Assembly (NCBI GenBank): GCA_964019425.1
Contig: OZ025783.1
Coordinates: 1,364,001-1,428,000, forward strand
DNA: 64,000 nucleotides
Direction: 5' to 3'
From: Flectonema sp. DT1601
Lineage: Eukaryota
Under the pieces are notes generated by a model. It was not told the DNA's origin, did no database searches, and saw only the letters and a program-made list of their open reading frames with translations. The stretch's first letter is position 1; each line of letters begins with the position of its first letter. A program made the position numbers and the translations under genes. Below, piece after piece: positions 1 to 12,828 of this stretch.

Positions 1-2
1 CG

Positions 3-3000
3 TCAGCTTCTGAGTACGTTCAAAGGATCACGGCTCTCTTTGACCTTCACGAACCTGATAAGAGTAAGGGAGCTATTCAACAAGTAATGGAGCAATACTT
101 GGGACGTGAAAAGGAATTGTACTCTGCGTTACTTGATCGCTACAGACCAAAACCTGATTCCCCTAAAAGACCGGCCTCACCAGCAGCAATACCACAGCAA
201 CCTGGCAGTCCAGAAGTTAGACCAGTTGTTACAAGGCCGTCAGTTGGTACTCCTCAACAGAGTTTTTATAAAGCAACTGATATCGCTCCGACAGCTAAGG
301 TTAGGATTGACGGTGTTGCTAAAGCTCTCTTTATTACTGCAAGGTATCCAGGTGATACATCACAGCGTGCTACTTTATCATTGGAACAGTTTGTTGAGGA
401 CCAATACCGTCCTCAGGTTCGTACATTAGATTCTGAAACAGTTGACTTGACACACGAGACAGTTGTCAGCGCCCTCCGCTGGCTTAGCGAAGGCACTCGT
501 GCAGGCGATTTATTGATATTTGCTTTCTGCGGAGCTTCACAAGATGGTTCTTTATTGCTACCGACTGCTGGTGATAATTTAATATCTCAGTCTGAAGTTA
601 ATTCTGTTCTTTTAAATGATCTTCAAAGGGGAATAAGATTAATTTGCGTATTTGATATGAGTCCAGCGACGTCCTTCTTATCATTACCAAACAGACTGAC
701 TGTTGAACAGGGAGCGGTATCAGACCTGCCGGCATCTCTCTCTCCATCAGCAGATGTAGTTGTGTTGAGTTGTGTTGGAGGAACAGGAAGACAGCCGGGG
801 TTGTTTTTGAAGTCTGTTGGAAAGAATTTAACATCTGTTCCTTTTTTTACAAATAAAACACTTCTCGAGAGCATCTCATCGGACATGAGATCTGTCTCTG
901 ATGGTGTTCCAGCTGTTCCTCAATTACAGTCTAGTCAACCCTGCAGAGCTAGTCAAAAGTTCTTTATCCATTACGTCATTGACGATGGTCCTCGAACACC
1001 ACAACACAGACCACAAGATCAACACTTACCAGACAGTGTTAGGAAACCTTATATTCCTGAACCTTCAACACCGATAGTTCATACGTCAACTGGTACTACT
1101 GGTACACAAGATTCTACAGAGGGTGGTGATATTCAAGAGTTAATTAAAGAAACCTTCAGACATGCAGACACACCAGGACATCCTAACAATGCAACAGCAG
1201 CAGGTACTGTAGGGTCATGGCTACTAGATGGGTCTTTTGGTGTGAATGTGAATAGAGAAAGTGCGATTAGATACTTAACTGTTGCTGCTGATTCCGGAGA
1301 TGGACCTGCGATTGCTAGACTGCTGTCATTACGACCTCAGTCACCGACTGTTGGAATAACCCCAAGCAGTCCACAACAAACAGCAGCAGCAAACTTCTTA
1401 AGCCTTCCTGACACTGAAGCAGCCACACGTATTCGATCAGCACTTGCTTCATACTGTGCTGCGAAGGCACCTCATGCTCTGGCTCAAGTCACTACAATTG
1501 TTGATGAGTACCGAGGTAGGGAAACAGCATTATTATCAATACTTCTACAGAAATACCCCGATTGGGATTGGCCTAAATCAGATGAATTATTCTTTGGTAC
1601 CAACAACATGACAACTCCTATCGTAGTGGGTGGAACAGTTTTAATCGATTCTGACCTTAATAGAGTGAGAGAATCAGTTGTGAATAGTATTTCTATCTCA
1701 TGGGATGATACAATGACTCCTTACAGTGGTTCTTGTGGTACTGTAGTAGCAAAAGACCAGGCGGGTAATGTAAAGGTCAGCTTCTCTGATGGAAGAACTT
1801 GTTGGTGGTCAGCTGACATCGTTACTGGTGTCGATGCGCACAGCCAGCAGCAATCATCACAAGCTGACAACTACATCGGACACAGTACTGTCACTGCTTT
1901 AGAACCTCCTCAGTCTCTTAAAACAGAAAGGGATTCACCTGCTGTTCGTATCATACTCGGGCACCCAATAATGAATCCGGTTGCGGCTCTTTATTCGATT
2001 GCTCCATTACTCGACTTGGAACCAACAGCAATACAATTGCTGCCGATATCATATTCAGATGGAGCGGTTTTGAGAATTCGTGTGGACCCGGCCGTGCCAG
2101 GACACGATCGTATTGCCAGGGAAATAGTTGCGAGATGTCGGAATCAATCTGATACCCTGTCGGTACACCTCGGGGCTATTTCTGCTGAGTTTGAAGTGGA
2201 TGAGTCTCGAACTGAAATTTCTCCGCCACGTCTTCATCACACTAACGTCTCTGCACCGCCTCCTGCACTTCCACTGGATTCGAAATCCATTCCACAAACT
2301 CCAACATCACTCCCTCGTAGACACACAACTTCGTCACCTCTGCCACAAGTTTTAGCTTTTAGTGGTGGCGGTAGTAGTGTTAGTGGTATAATTCCACCAC
2401 GTGAATTAGAAAGTCGTCAGGATGCACAAGATAGAGCTATTCTTGATCTTCAGGCTCAAGTGAGAGGGATGACAAAACGATCTGTAGGACCATCATCGAA
2501 AACCAGACGGGAAAAGAAGAAGTCCACTCCGAGGATGTCGATTCAATCAACTCCAACAACACCACCAGCATCAAGACGCAGACCTAAGTCACCGGGTCTT
2601 AAAGAGGGTGGTGGAAAACTTGCATCTCTGCAGAAGAAGCTTTATGGTGGAGGAGTTGGTCCTTTAGTTGTTCAAGACAGTGAAGTAGAGCCAATGATGG
2701 TGACGAGGTTTACTAATCTTTCTCTTCCACCACCAATTGAAAAAGAGCACGATGAGTGGTCTGTTATGACAGAAGCGGAAAAACGTCGCGAGCTTGAACG
2801 TGAGCGCCACCGACAGGAATTCGCAGCTCATCCATCCGCACCTCGCCCTTCCAGATCGATATCTCCACAGCGGCCATTGTCAAGACAGTCTTCTGCTGCT
2901 ATGACATCGACAGCTCCTAAAGCACTCGCACAGCAGAAAGATTCTGCTGCTGCTGCTGCTCGACAGGTGCTAACAATCCTAAATGAAGACACACCTCCTC

Positions 3001-3107
3001 AGGCTTTCACTCCACAAAAGACGACTCCTGCAACGGCCTCTATCAGCACGACACAAAAGAATCTGATGTTGCTACGACAGAGAGAATCATTGAGAAAGTT
3101 TCGCTGA
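3..3107 (+). CDS. Multidomain protein, 5'-truncated by the window: helical repeat, inactive metacaspase-like domain, SEL1-like segment, MIB-type SH3-like repeat, Pro/Ser-rich tail
   Basis: The frame is open from nt 3 (SASEYVQRITALFDLHEPDK... into MEQYLGRE). KALFITARYPG...GDLLIFAFCG...RLICVFD follows the caspase/C14 motif order. WDDTMTPYSGSCGTVV...VKVSFSDGRTCWW resembles a Mind-bomb SH3-like repeat. Confidence 0.7.
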   Translation, partial: SASEYVQRITALFDLHEPDKSKGAIQQVMEQYLGREKELYSALLDRYRPKPDSPKRPASPAAIPQQPGSPEVRPVVTRPSVGTPQQSFYKATDIAPTAKVRIDGVAKALFITARYPGDTSQRATLSLEQFVEDQYRPQVRTLDSETVDLTHETVVSALRWLSEGTRAGDLLIFAFCGASQDGSLLLPTAGDNLISQSEVNSVLLNDLQRGIRLICVFDMSPATSFLSLPNRLTVEQGAVSDLPASLSPSADVVVLSCVGGTGRQPGLFLKSVGKNLTSVPFFTNKTLLESISSDMRSVSDGVPAVPQLQSSQPCRASQKFFIHYVIDDGPRTPQHRPQDQHLPDSVRKPYIPEPSTPIVHTSTGTTGTQDSTEGGDIQELIKETFRHADTPGHPNNATAAGTVGSWLLDGSFGVNVNRESAIRYLTVAADSGDGPAIARLLSLRPQSPTVGITPSSPQQTAAANFLSLPDTEAATRIRSALASYCAAKAPHALAQVTTIVDEYRGRETALLSILLQKYPDWDWPKSDELFFGTNNMTTPIVVGGTVLIDSDLNRVRESVVNSISISWDDTMTPYSGSCGTVVAKDQAGNVKVSFSDGRTCWWSADIVTGVDAHSQQQSSQADNYIGHSTVTALEPPQSLKTERDSPAVRIILGHPIMNPVAALYSIAPLLDLEPTAIQLLPISYSDGAVLRIRVDPAVPGHDRIAREIVARCRNQSDTLSVHLGAISAEFEVDESRTEISPPRLHHTNVSAPPPALPLDSKSIPQTPTSLPRRHTTSSPLPQVLAFSGGGSSVSGIIPPRELESRQDAQDRAILDLQAQVRGMTKRSVGPSSKTRREKKKSTPRMSIQSTPTTPPASRRRPKSPGLKEGGGKLASLQKKLYGGGVGPLVVQDSEVEPMMVTRFTNLSLPPPIEKEHDEWSVMTEAEKRRELERERHRQEFAAHPSAPRPSRSISPQRPLSRQSSAAMTSTAPKALAQQKDSAAAAARQVLTILNEDTPPQAFTPQKTTPATASISTTQKNLMLLRQRESLRKFR

Positions 3108-4047
3108 GAATAAATTATTCACGTGACCTTTAGCGTATCTTGTAGTGGGAGGTCAGCAGCATGAAAAAGTCCACTCCTCTTAAGGGAATTAAGTTCCTCT
3201 GTTTTGTTAATATAAAAAATGTGGTTCCTAAAAACTTGCATGGTGAATATATTGTACATTTTCAGTTTTTTTTGTTTCCTTTCATTTTTTTTTATATTTA
3301 TTATTATTGTTTTAACCGTGTTAGTAGTTATTTTCCCTCCCAAAAAAAAAAAAAACAAAACAAGGTCGTCATATCGTTCATTAAGTATGGAAAAAAAAAA
3401 AGTATTAATTATTTTTTGTATTGTATTAGAGAATGCTGATTGAGCGACGTTTAATTGCAAGCACCTTGCACTTTGTGTGTTGAATCGAATCTACTTAAGA
3501 ACGTGTTAATTTCTTTTGTTTTAAAATTTAGAATACTTTTCCCATTCTCTCCCCCCTTACTGTATCCTAGATCCCGAAGTATTCTTTTTTTATCTTTATT
3601 TCAGTTTTTTTTCTTCCTTCTGTGTCTGTTCCAACATGTGGGTTGATAAAAATGAGAGAGAAAAAAAAAAAAAATTCTCTTCTTCACAAAAAGACTACAT
3701 TTTTTTTTTTTTTTTTGTTCTCAGATGAAATTTTTAGCTGGCAAAGAAAAAGCAAAAAAAAAGAACTGTATTTCTTACGGGAAAAAAAATATTATTAAAA
3801 ATGGAAAAAAAAAAAAAAAAAAGGAATCGAAAAATAGACTACAAAGTGATTGTGGAGAATCTTAGCAGATCAATTAACAATTTTTAACCTCCTCAGCAAA
3901 CATGATGCCTTGCATTTCTTCGTCTTTATGGTTGTGTGGTATCAAATGACTGATACCCCATAAGATTACCATGATATACAAGTGTGTTAGAATGATAAGT
4001 TCAACTATAATCTGAAAACAGCCCCCTCACGCTCCACACTCATAAAA

Positions 4048-5931
4048 ATGGACGGAGGGAAGCGAAAAAATATTTCTGCAGGTCCGTCAAAACGTCGACA
4101 TCGGCCGGAAGAAATAAACCCCAGTGTGAGAATTGTGTTGGATGCATTACGGAAATCAACATCACTAAGCGCCGGAGCGGAATCAGAGACGAATTATCGT
4201 AATAAAATGACCTACAGTATTATCGAAGGTAACGTGGTGACTTCAAATTTAGGTGAAAAAAGAGTGAACGATGTTATCGAACATTGGGCTGCCCTTATTA
4301 GAAGTAATACAAATAAACATGAACTTTCATACTACCGAGAAATAGGTGTCAAGCTCTCTCGAAAAGGAACAGCTTTACTCAAATTAATTTTGAGAATATC
4401 TGAAGACCAATTAAACGATTTTATAAAATTAAATATAAATCCGATTTTGGAAGAATTATCAACTTATTGCTCGATAGACTGTGCGTTTCTACAGCATAGC
4501 AACGGTAGGAGTAAACCGAACAAGTCAGATGATTATGTCTTGGTGCTTGGAACTCACTTAATAGAACACACTCCACAGCCTTTTAATGATCCTTATATCA
4601 TTTCTCCTGATACTTTCGCGGAGGTTAATCATGATGCTGAGGATCGTTTGTGGAAATTTTTAGTTTCTTATTTAAAAAATGTTTTTAAAAATGATATTTC
4701 TTTGGATCTTCTGCTCATGGGAAGAGATACAAACGCCTCGTTTGTGTCTCTGTATCCGTATTTTCCGTTTGTCGACTGTTACTGTATGTCGCATTGTCCA
4801 AAAGTCGCTGCAGATATGAAGCACAACACCGACTATGTCATAGCTCAAAAAGAAAAAAAAACTGGAATTTCAAAACCAAAAATTGATATTACCTATGTCG
4901 AAGGTAAGTTTCAGTACAGCACTACAATGTCAACCTTCGGCACTGATAGAGACAAACTGTGCTTGGTTAATGCGGGTAGGGGTGGGATGGCCGATGATAC
5001 GGTTCACACGGTTATTAATAACAAACAAATAAACAACATCATCTACGTAAGTTGTAATCAACAAACAGCATACCAAGATGTTGACATCATTATTAGTCGA
5101 GGAGGGTTCTATGTGGAGGTATGTCCTTTTTTATGTTATTTATATTTTTCAAAACTGATTAAAAAAAAAAAAAAAAAAAAAAAAAAACTCAACCAGAATT
5201 ATTGTTGTTTCAATTTCCAAGCTGGAACAGAGTATGTTATGCAAGTGTTTTGTATGCGTAGATCAGGTTGTGGGATACATCGGGTTTTGGTTCAGCCTGT
5301 TGGTCCCCCAGGATCTGGAAAAAGCAGCCTCAGTCATCGACTATCCGAAGTATTCTCAACGGTAAAACACATCGAACGAGACGTTGTTTATAAGAATAAG
5401 AGAGACGCTGGTCTCTCAATGAAATCAAGTAAGAGAGACACTCATTCTGACATTGCAACACAGCTATCAACATGCGACACAGACATTTGTGTTTATGACA
5501 GTACTTCTGGAGCTGCTGAGGGTAGACAATACATAAATGATAACTTCTTTACGCCTTCTAATATTTCAACAAGTGCCTTGTCAATAACTGTTTACTTCAC
5601 AAGTACAGACGTGTCTTGGTTGTTAAATAATTGTATGTCGAGAATTGACCATCCTGGGTTTCCTGACACAGCTGAGGGAGGAACACAAAAAATTTCAAAT
5701 GTACTTCTTAGTATCGAAACACCCAGTTCTTCTCAACCGTTACCGCAATCGGTGTCAGGTGTTCTTGTTCGAGTCTCTCCGAAGACGATTTTAGTGAAGG
5801 AAGTTCTTACCAGAGTGGCATCACTTCTCTTGATAGCTCCAAGACTAGCTCAGCAAATCAATTTATCAGCTGAAGGAATAGAACTGGAATGGACTTTAAG
5901 TAGTGAACCAGCTGCTGTTGTTTCTTCATAG
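4048..5931 (+). CDS. TrmA/RlmD-like RNA m5U methyltransferase fused to a C-terminal P-loop kinase; intron 5119-5196
   Basis: Motifs YRNKMTYS, ISPDTFAEVN, NAGRGG and IIYVSCN (catalytic Cys), followed by Walker A GPPGSGKS. A 78-nt in-frame GTATGT...AACCAG intron explains the poly-K stretch in the ORF track. Confidence 0.75.
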   Translation: MDGGKRKNISAGPSKRRHRPEEINPSVRIVLDALRKSTSLSAGAESETNYRNKMTYSIIEGNVVTSNLGEKRVNDVIEHWAALIRSNTNKHELSYYREIGVKLSRKGTALLKLILRISEDQLNDFIKLNINPILEELSTYCSIDCAFLQHSNGRSKPNKSDDYVLVLGTHLIEHTPQPFNDPYIISPDTFAEVNHDAEDRLWKFLVSYLKNVFKNDISLDLLLMGRDTNASFVSLYPYFPFVDCYCMSHCPKVAADMKHNTDYVIAQKEKKTGISKPKIDITYVEGKFQYSTTMSTFGTDRDKLCLVNAGRGGMADDTVHTVINNKQINNIIYVSCNQQTAYQDVDIIISRGGFYVEVCPFLCYLYFSKLIKKKKKKKKKLNQNYCCFNFQAGTEYVMQVFCMRRSGCGIHRVLVQPVGPPGSGKSSLSHRLSEVFSTVKHIERDVVYKNKRDAGLSMKSSKRDTHSDIATQLSTCDTDICVYDSTSGAAEGRQYINDNFFTPSNISTSALSITVYFTSTDVSWLLNNCMSRIDHPGFPDTAEGGTQKISNVLLSIETPSSSQPLPQSVSGVLVRVSPKTILVKEVLTRVASLLLIAPRLAQQINLSAEGIELEWTLSSEPAAVVSS

Positions 5932-6374
5932 AAATATACTTTTATGATCTTCCTCTAGCTTGTCACTGCACACACGCTGCGTCATAGTACCGCGCGATTT
6001 TATTTAAAAAAAAAAAAAAAGTATGTTGTTTTGTTCAGTTAACGTTTACTTTCTCATAGCAGCAGTATTATGATTCTTTTGTGTTGTTTTAGAGGAGTTG
6101 TTTGATGGAATACACATCATGATAGTCGTTTCTCTTATTATATTCCGTTCGTTTACATTATTTTCCAGGTAAATCACATTACATGAAAAAGTACTGAGAT
6201 ACGAAATAAATGATGCAGTTATTTTGTTTAATCTAATCAGAAGGAAGAAATGAGAAGGGATTTATAATACGATGAAGGAAGTGAAAAAAAAAAAAATTAG
6301 TTAGTTTTTTTAAAACCTCTTTTTACCTTTTTTTTTCGATATCAGAAAATAAAACAAACCAGCAACAGAAAACA

Positions 6375-8748
6375 ATGTCGCTGAAGGTCGGAGTTACTCC
6401 CGCCACTAGTCTGGTTCAGACTAACAAAGTTTATGTTCCATCCGGAACTCTGGGGGGGAGACTTATGCATGTACTTATTGCTGGAAGTCAGCGTAGAGCT
6501 AGTGATTTTGTATTTCTGTGTGAAGAACACCCCGACATGCAAGCAGGCAGTATAGGTTTTAATAAACTTCAGAGAGACTGCGCTAAATTGTCAACAGATG
6601 TGGATGTCATTCCATTAAAGCCTTTTGAAATTCCAAACGAGTCGTTTACGATTAGCGCTATTGGAGCTGAGATTGACTTCATGAATCCAAGAAAAATAAA
6701 TGATAAAGTAGCCGTTGATGTTGAACGTGTAACTCGTAACTTAACAACTCTCTGGAATGGACAAGTCTTTACAGTTGATCAACAGATGTTGTTTGACTAT
6801 CAAGGAACAATGTTTAAACTTCAAATTAATGAAATCGATATCATAGATGACAAGTCCGGTACGATTGAAACATCAACTTCATCTATGAAAGCAAAACACT
6901 ACTTAGGTCAGGTTAAACTAAACGAGACTATCTTCAGACTCAGAAAACCACGTTCTCGTCCAGGACTCACGTTTGATAATGTTCCAGCAGGAGCAGAAAC
7001 AATGAACACTCAACTTTTAAAGTCAAGTTTTGACTTTGGAAACTACGGAATTGGAGGTCTCGACGCCGAAGCCGATCAAGTCTTCAGAAGAGCATTCGCA
7101 AGTAGAATCTTCCCTCCATCAACTCTTCAACGTTTGGGTATCAGTCACGTTAAGGGAATTCTTTTATTTGGTCCCCCAGGTTGTGGTAAGACTTTGATGG
7201 CGAGACAGATTGGTAAGATGCTTAACTGTAAAGAACCCAAAGTTGTAAACGGACCAGAAATCCTTTCAAAGTTCGTCGGAGAATCAGAAAAGAACGTCCG
7301 CGCTCTCTTCGCAGAAGCTGAAGACGACCAGCGTAACTTAGGAGATGAATCTGAATTACATTTAATTATTTTTGACGAATTCGATGCCATTGTCAAACAG
7401 CGAGGATCAACAAGAGACAACACTGGAGTGTCAGACAGTGTTGTCAACCAGCTGTTATCAAAGATTGATGGTGTTGACTGTTTAAACAACGTCCTGTTAG
7501 TCGGAATGACAAACAGAAAGGATCTTATTGACGAGGCTTTACTCCGACCTGGTAGATTCGAAGTTCAAATTGAAATCCAACTTCCTGACTTAAAAGGAAG
7601 AAATCAAATCTTCTCCATCCACACAAAGAAACAACGTGAAAGTGGTATTTTAGCTGCTGATGTCGACATCGAATTCTTAGCTGAAAAAGCCAAGAACTAC
7701 ACCGGAGCTGAAATTGAAGGTGTCGTTAAAGCTGCTTCATCATTCGCATTAAATCGACTTATCGATTATAAGGACCCAAGTAAACCAACCGGAACTCAAA
7801 TTAGTATCTCTATGTCAGACTTTATCGCGGCATTGGAAGACGTAAAACCTGCCTTTGGAGCGTCAAAGGACCTGAATATGTACAAACGACGAGGAATATT
7901 CAACTACGGTCCAGTGTGGGAAGAACAGATCAGAAGATGTATGTCATACGTGTTACCATTAAAGTCTGGAGGAGGTCAACAGATCCAATCAGTACTGTTA
8001 GAGGGTGTTATCGGAACAGGAAAAACAGCACTCGCAGCACACATTGGTGAGACAAGTGGATTTCCGTTTGTCAAAGTTGTATCGGGAGACGATATGACTG
8101 GATTCTTTGAAAACAGTAAAGTTAATTACATAAAGAAAGCATTTGATGATGCCCATAAATCACCATACTCAGTAGTCATATTAGACGAAATAGAAGACCT
8201 CATTGATTATGTCTCAGAGGGTCCTAGATTCTCGTCACCACTACTACAGACACTAAGAAGAAGTATTAAGAGATTACCACCTGATGGTTCTCGTATTCTT
8301 ATTGTCGGAACTACTTCAAAAGCTGAATCTCTTCGTCAATTGGATTTCTTCAAGGAGTGGGATGTCGTTCATAAAGTTCTTGAGCTCTCAAGAGAAAATG
8401 TCCCAGCGGTTCTATCAAGAATGGACATACAATTCGTATCTGAAGCTGAAGAACGTGGTGCGCTTTACTCTCGGTCAATGCCTGACTTTATTGCGATTAA
8501 AAAATTAATGCAAGTTGCGGAAATGGCTCGATCACTCGCTCTCGAAAAGGTACCTGAGCTTTCTGATACCAGACAACAGTATGTTTATTTTATTATACTA
8601 CACCTAATAACAACAATAATAACAACAATAATAATAAATATAAAACAGGGGAACAGTTGTATCAGCGAAGCCTACAGCGTGGAATCCAATTACTATGAAA
8701 CATTGGGAGACCTCTTTAGAAAATTTAGGTATCAACGAAGATGACTAG
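6375..8748 (+). CDS. NSF: Vesicle-fusing ATPase NSF/Sec18; intron 8579-8648
   Basis: GIGGLD...FRRAFASR, GPPGCGKTLMAR, IIFDEFDAI, ALLRPGRFEV and a second AAA domain (GTGKTALA). Splicing GTATGT...AAAACAG gives the C-terminus ...ITMKHWETSLENLGINEDD* (stop 8746-8748). Confidence 0.95.
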
Positions 8749-9402
8749 TACAACGCAAACCCTCTCTATCTCACGTCTTGCTTCAAAGTTTGTTGCACAC
8801 TTAGTCTTAATTCGTTTTCATTCTATCTTCGTACCTGAAGTATTGTTTTTTTGGTTCGGTTCAATTCCTGCATAGCCGAGAGGGGGAAAAAAAAAAAAAA
8901 AAAAAATGGTAGTGCAGTGTTATTTCAATTTTTATGTAGTGATCTGTGTCGATGTACTTCCCTAGCCCTTTGGCGATAAAAAGAAAAAAAATATTACATT
9001 CGGGTAAAATATTAAACTGCTGAGGTGAATCCAGACGCTGTCGGCTGTGGTTGTATCATTGAAGTTACCACGATAATCACTTCGTTTTATATCTAACTCT
9101 CGTCTTAGTAGCTTGTTTCATACATGTTATTTTCCTTTCTCTTTTTTTTTTCTCTTTCTTCGTAGTTGTGATTTGGCACACAAGCCAGGAAAAAAAAATG
9201 ATTTTTAGTCGTCAAACCACCCCCACGTGTGTCTTTTTCCCTTTTCCCTTTCCCTTTCCCTTTTTTTTTTTTTTTTTTTGTTACATTCATAGTGTAAAGA
9301 GAGAAAAAATCGACTTATTGATCTGATTATAACATCCAACTGTAAAGTCATATTACATTCCAATAACAGGTCGTGGCATCAAAAAGATTCTATTTAAGTA
9401 AC

Positions 9403-12400
9403 ATGATCAATCTACTACTTGTGATCCTTGGCCTCGTAGTGTCGGGATCAGCATCGTGTGTGACAAATGCCACATGTCAAGCTGGCTATGATTGCAAATA
9501 TAACATCACCATGGGTATGAACGTATCTGCGTGTGTACCATCCTGCGGTGTTGTCTCTTGTAATGTTAGTACTGATATCTGTGAAGTAGCTAATCAGGGA
9601 ATCCAATGTATTATGGCTAACGGGTCCATGTCGAATTCACCATGTGGGAGTTGTCCTTTTAATACTGATTGCAAATATACTCAACTTTTTGGATATATTT
9701 GTATGGATTCATGTTCATATCTGAACTGTACTAACAATCAGACGTGTTCACAAAATACAACAACCGTGACTTCAACATGCGAAGCTGCTGCTTTTACGGG
9801 TTTTCAGGGTGACTTCTGCAACGCATCCAACCCTTGTAGTAATTGTTTTTGTTCAGGTAATGCGACATGTGCATGTACGTCAAATATCTGTACCTGTAAT
9901 TCAGTAGCTAATATTTCTCTGTGCCAACAGCTCTCATGTAGTGAGCTTTGTCAATATAATACAACCTCAGCTAATTATAGTTGTGTTCCGAAATCAACGT
10001 CAGCATGTCCTTCGTGTTCAAGCCCAAATGTTTGTGACTACAATAAAACAAGCGGATTATTTGGGTGTGTACCACCGTATGTAGTCCCACCATCTGTTCC
10101 TTGCAATGGCTCTTGTTTTGTAGGAGAAGTATGTGACCAGGATGTTTGTACTCCATGGAGCCAGACAAACAATGACAATGCCTGTCAAGGTAAATGTGGT
10201 CCGAGCTTTTGCTTATTATCATCAAATACTTACAACTGCACGGGAGGTACTACTTGTAGCCCCCTCTGTAATGGCACAGACGTGTGCGCATTCATCGGAG
10301 GAGTTGGATGGGAATGTAGTTTTGACAACTGTGGAGGGTGTTCTGTAGGTGAGTCTTGCAATCTTGTGAATTCAGCATATGTTTGTGAAAATGATACGGC
10401 TATGCCAACTGTTGGCCCAGCCTCGTGTGCTGTTGGCTGCTTGTCGAACGAAACTTGCGTTCTCACTAACGGATCCTATAAATGTGAGGCTGTCGATCCG
10501 TGCTCTCTATGCAGCTTAACTGAAGCGTGCTTCCCACGTCAGAGCAATAAATCGATTTCATTTTGTACGTCAACTTGCACTGATGTCGCATGTCCCGTCG
10601 ACCAAACGTGTAGCGTCATCCCTGGTGTCCCTCCTATGTGTTCAGGTAATTGCTCTGTATGTATTATAATGTTTTAGTCTGCTATTTATAGTTTCTTTTT
10701 ACAAAAAGTAAGTAAACAAAAAATCCAACAGTCCCTCTCTTGTGGTGTTAATGAGAAGTGTGTTAATAATCAGAACGGTACAGCTGTGTGTGAGCCAACA
10801 GCATCAACTGATCCTTGTGGGAATTGCACTTCAACTCAACAGTGTCAGCAAGAAGGTGGATCAACAAAGTGTGAAAGTATAGATACCTGTAATCTTGCAA
10901 GGCGTCAGGAAGGACAGTTAGTTTGTCTGTTCCCAGAGAACTGTGTTATTGCCGCTGATGGCTATGCAATCTGTGTACCTCCGACACCAACATCATGTGT
11001 AGAGTCAGAGTGTGTTAAGCAGAACAAAGTTTGTGGTCCTGCAGGTGATTGTATCACAGACAAGTGTATCGCATTTTCTTGGCCACCACCTGGAGTTCAA
11101 TACTGCAGTCCAGACAAAAGCTGTCCAACAGGAAAGAAGTGCACAGGCTGTACAGCTTCAGCAACTTGCAACAGCGCTACTGGTGCGACAACTTACGGTA
11201 ATGATTGTCGTCCAACATGTGAGATCTTTTCATTACTATGTAATGTTACTGAACAAGATTCATGGACACCAGAAGAACTGAGAGATTGCTGTGCTGTCGC
11301 AAGCATCGGCTGTTCAATTTATGACTGTCTGGATGAGATGCCAGTTGAACAATGGTCGAGTGATAAGAAAACCTTCTGCTGCAATAGCACAGGAAAAGGA
11401 TGTCCTCCAAAAGCAGGTGAATACGACTGCTTAGATAGCAGCGACTTAACTGGATGGCAATTTGTTAAGAAACAATGGTGTTGCAACAATAAACAAATTG
11501 GATGCCCTGTTGGATATGACTGCAGCAGTAACCCTTCTTCATGGAACCAAGAACAATCAACATACTGTTGTAAACTAAAAGGCAAGGGTTGTACTGCAAC
11601 AAATGGTTACGACTGCACATGGAACAATCAAACCACCTCTGTATGGAGTAATAAACAAAAAGACTGGTGCTGTTCAAATGCGGGGGTTCGATGCCCTCCA
11701 CAAGATCTATTCTCATGTCCTGATAACACAACACAGTACAGCGATGATCAAAGTGAGTGGTGCTGTGCTAATAGAAACAGAGGATGTCCTTACAGCTGTC
11801 AAGAAAGAAACACGTCAAGGCAATCATGGACAGAAGAACAAAGAAAATACTGCTGTTTATATGATGGTATTGGCTGTAAAGCAAATATTGATAATTTCGA
11901 TTGTTTCGATAGTTCTCAAGTGTGGACATCTAAACAGAAGAAATACTGCTGTAAGGAAGAAGACATTGGATGTCAAATCTCATGTAATGGATTACTGCTA
12001 TCAGAATCTGATAAGGTTCATTGTTGCAATGAGAAAGGATTATACTGCAATGAAAAGATTCAAGATCCAACTTTATCAGAGAATATGATACGAAAGAGGT
12101 TCAGATTATCCTTTAGGGCTGATTGGGGATCTGTAGTTCAAAATCCAAAAAGGATGATTCGTATGTTTAGACTGACTTTATACCATGCGTCTAGAACAGC
12201 TGTATCAGAAAGTGCTAATATTGATATTGAGTTTATTGGATCAAAAACACCGATCGGAGATTTCCCAACCAATGATGATCTCCACAACTGGGGTATAATT
12301 GCGTCAACTAATTGGAGTATGGGAATTATTCCTGCGGAGGTAAATAAATCAGTGACGGCATCAAGAAATTTTAGAGTGCTATCTGAGACGAGGAATGAAG

Positions 12401-12828
12401 CGAGTGTAGCATCAGATCATTTATTTGTTTATTACTCTTTATACGGAACTGATGAATCAGTCATGAATTCTGTTAGTCATGAAATTGACGTAACTGGAAT
12501 CAATGCTGCTGGTAAGAATCCAACGGGACCAATGCATGATAATGCCGAAGGCTATTCTCTTATCCTACGTCATCCTAGAAATGAATTAATTGATCGAAGT
12601 GCTGGTGAAACACTTCCTCCACCTTCGAGTTCAAGCACTGATAGTGTTTTATTGATAATTGGTATTTTACTGGGAGTTCTTATCCTTGGTGGGTTCGTAG
12701 GCATGTACATCAATAGACAAAAACGACCATCAGGCCTCACAGAGTATTCCGGTCAACTAGAAGAAATGACGCCTGCCGAACGTAAGATATTTGAGACTCC
12801 TGAAACTGTTGAAACTGGTACAATTTAA
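9403..12828 (+). CDS. Cys-rich type I membrane surface glycoprotein; intron 10657-10731
   Basis: Signal peptide MINLLLVILGLVVSGSAS, many Cys and NxS/T sites, tandem YDC..W...K.WCC....GC repeats and a C-terminal TM (VLLIIGILLGVLILGGFVGMYI). A 75-nt intron joins the two ORFs in frame (CSGNCS|SLSCGVNEKC). Confidence 0.85.
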
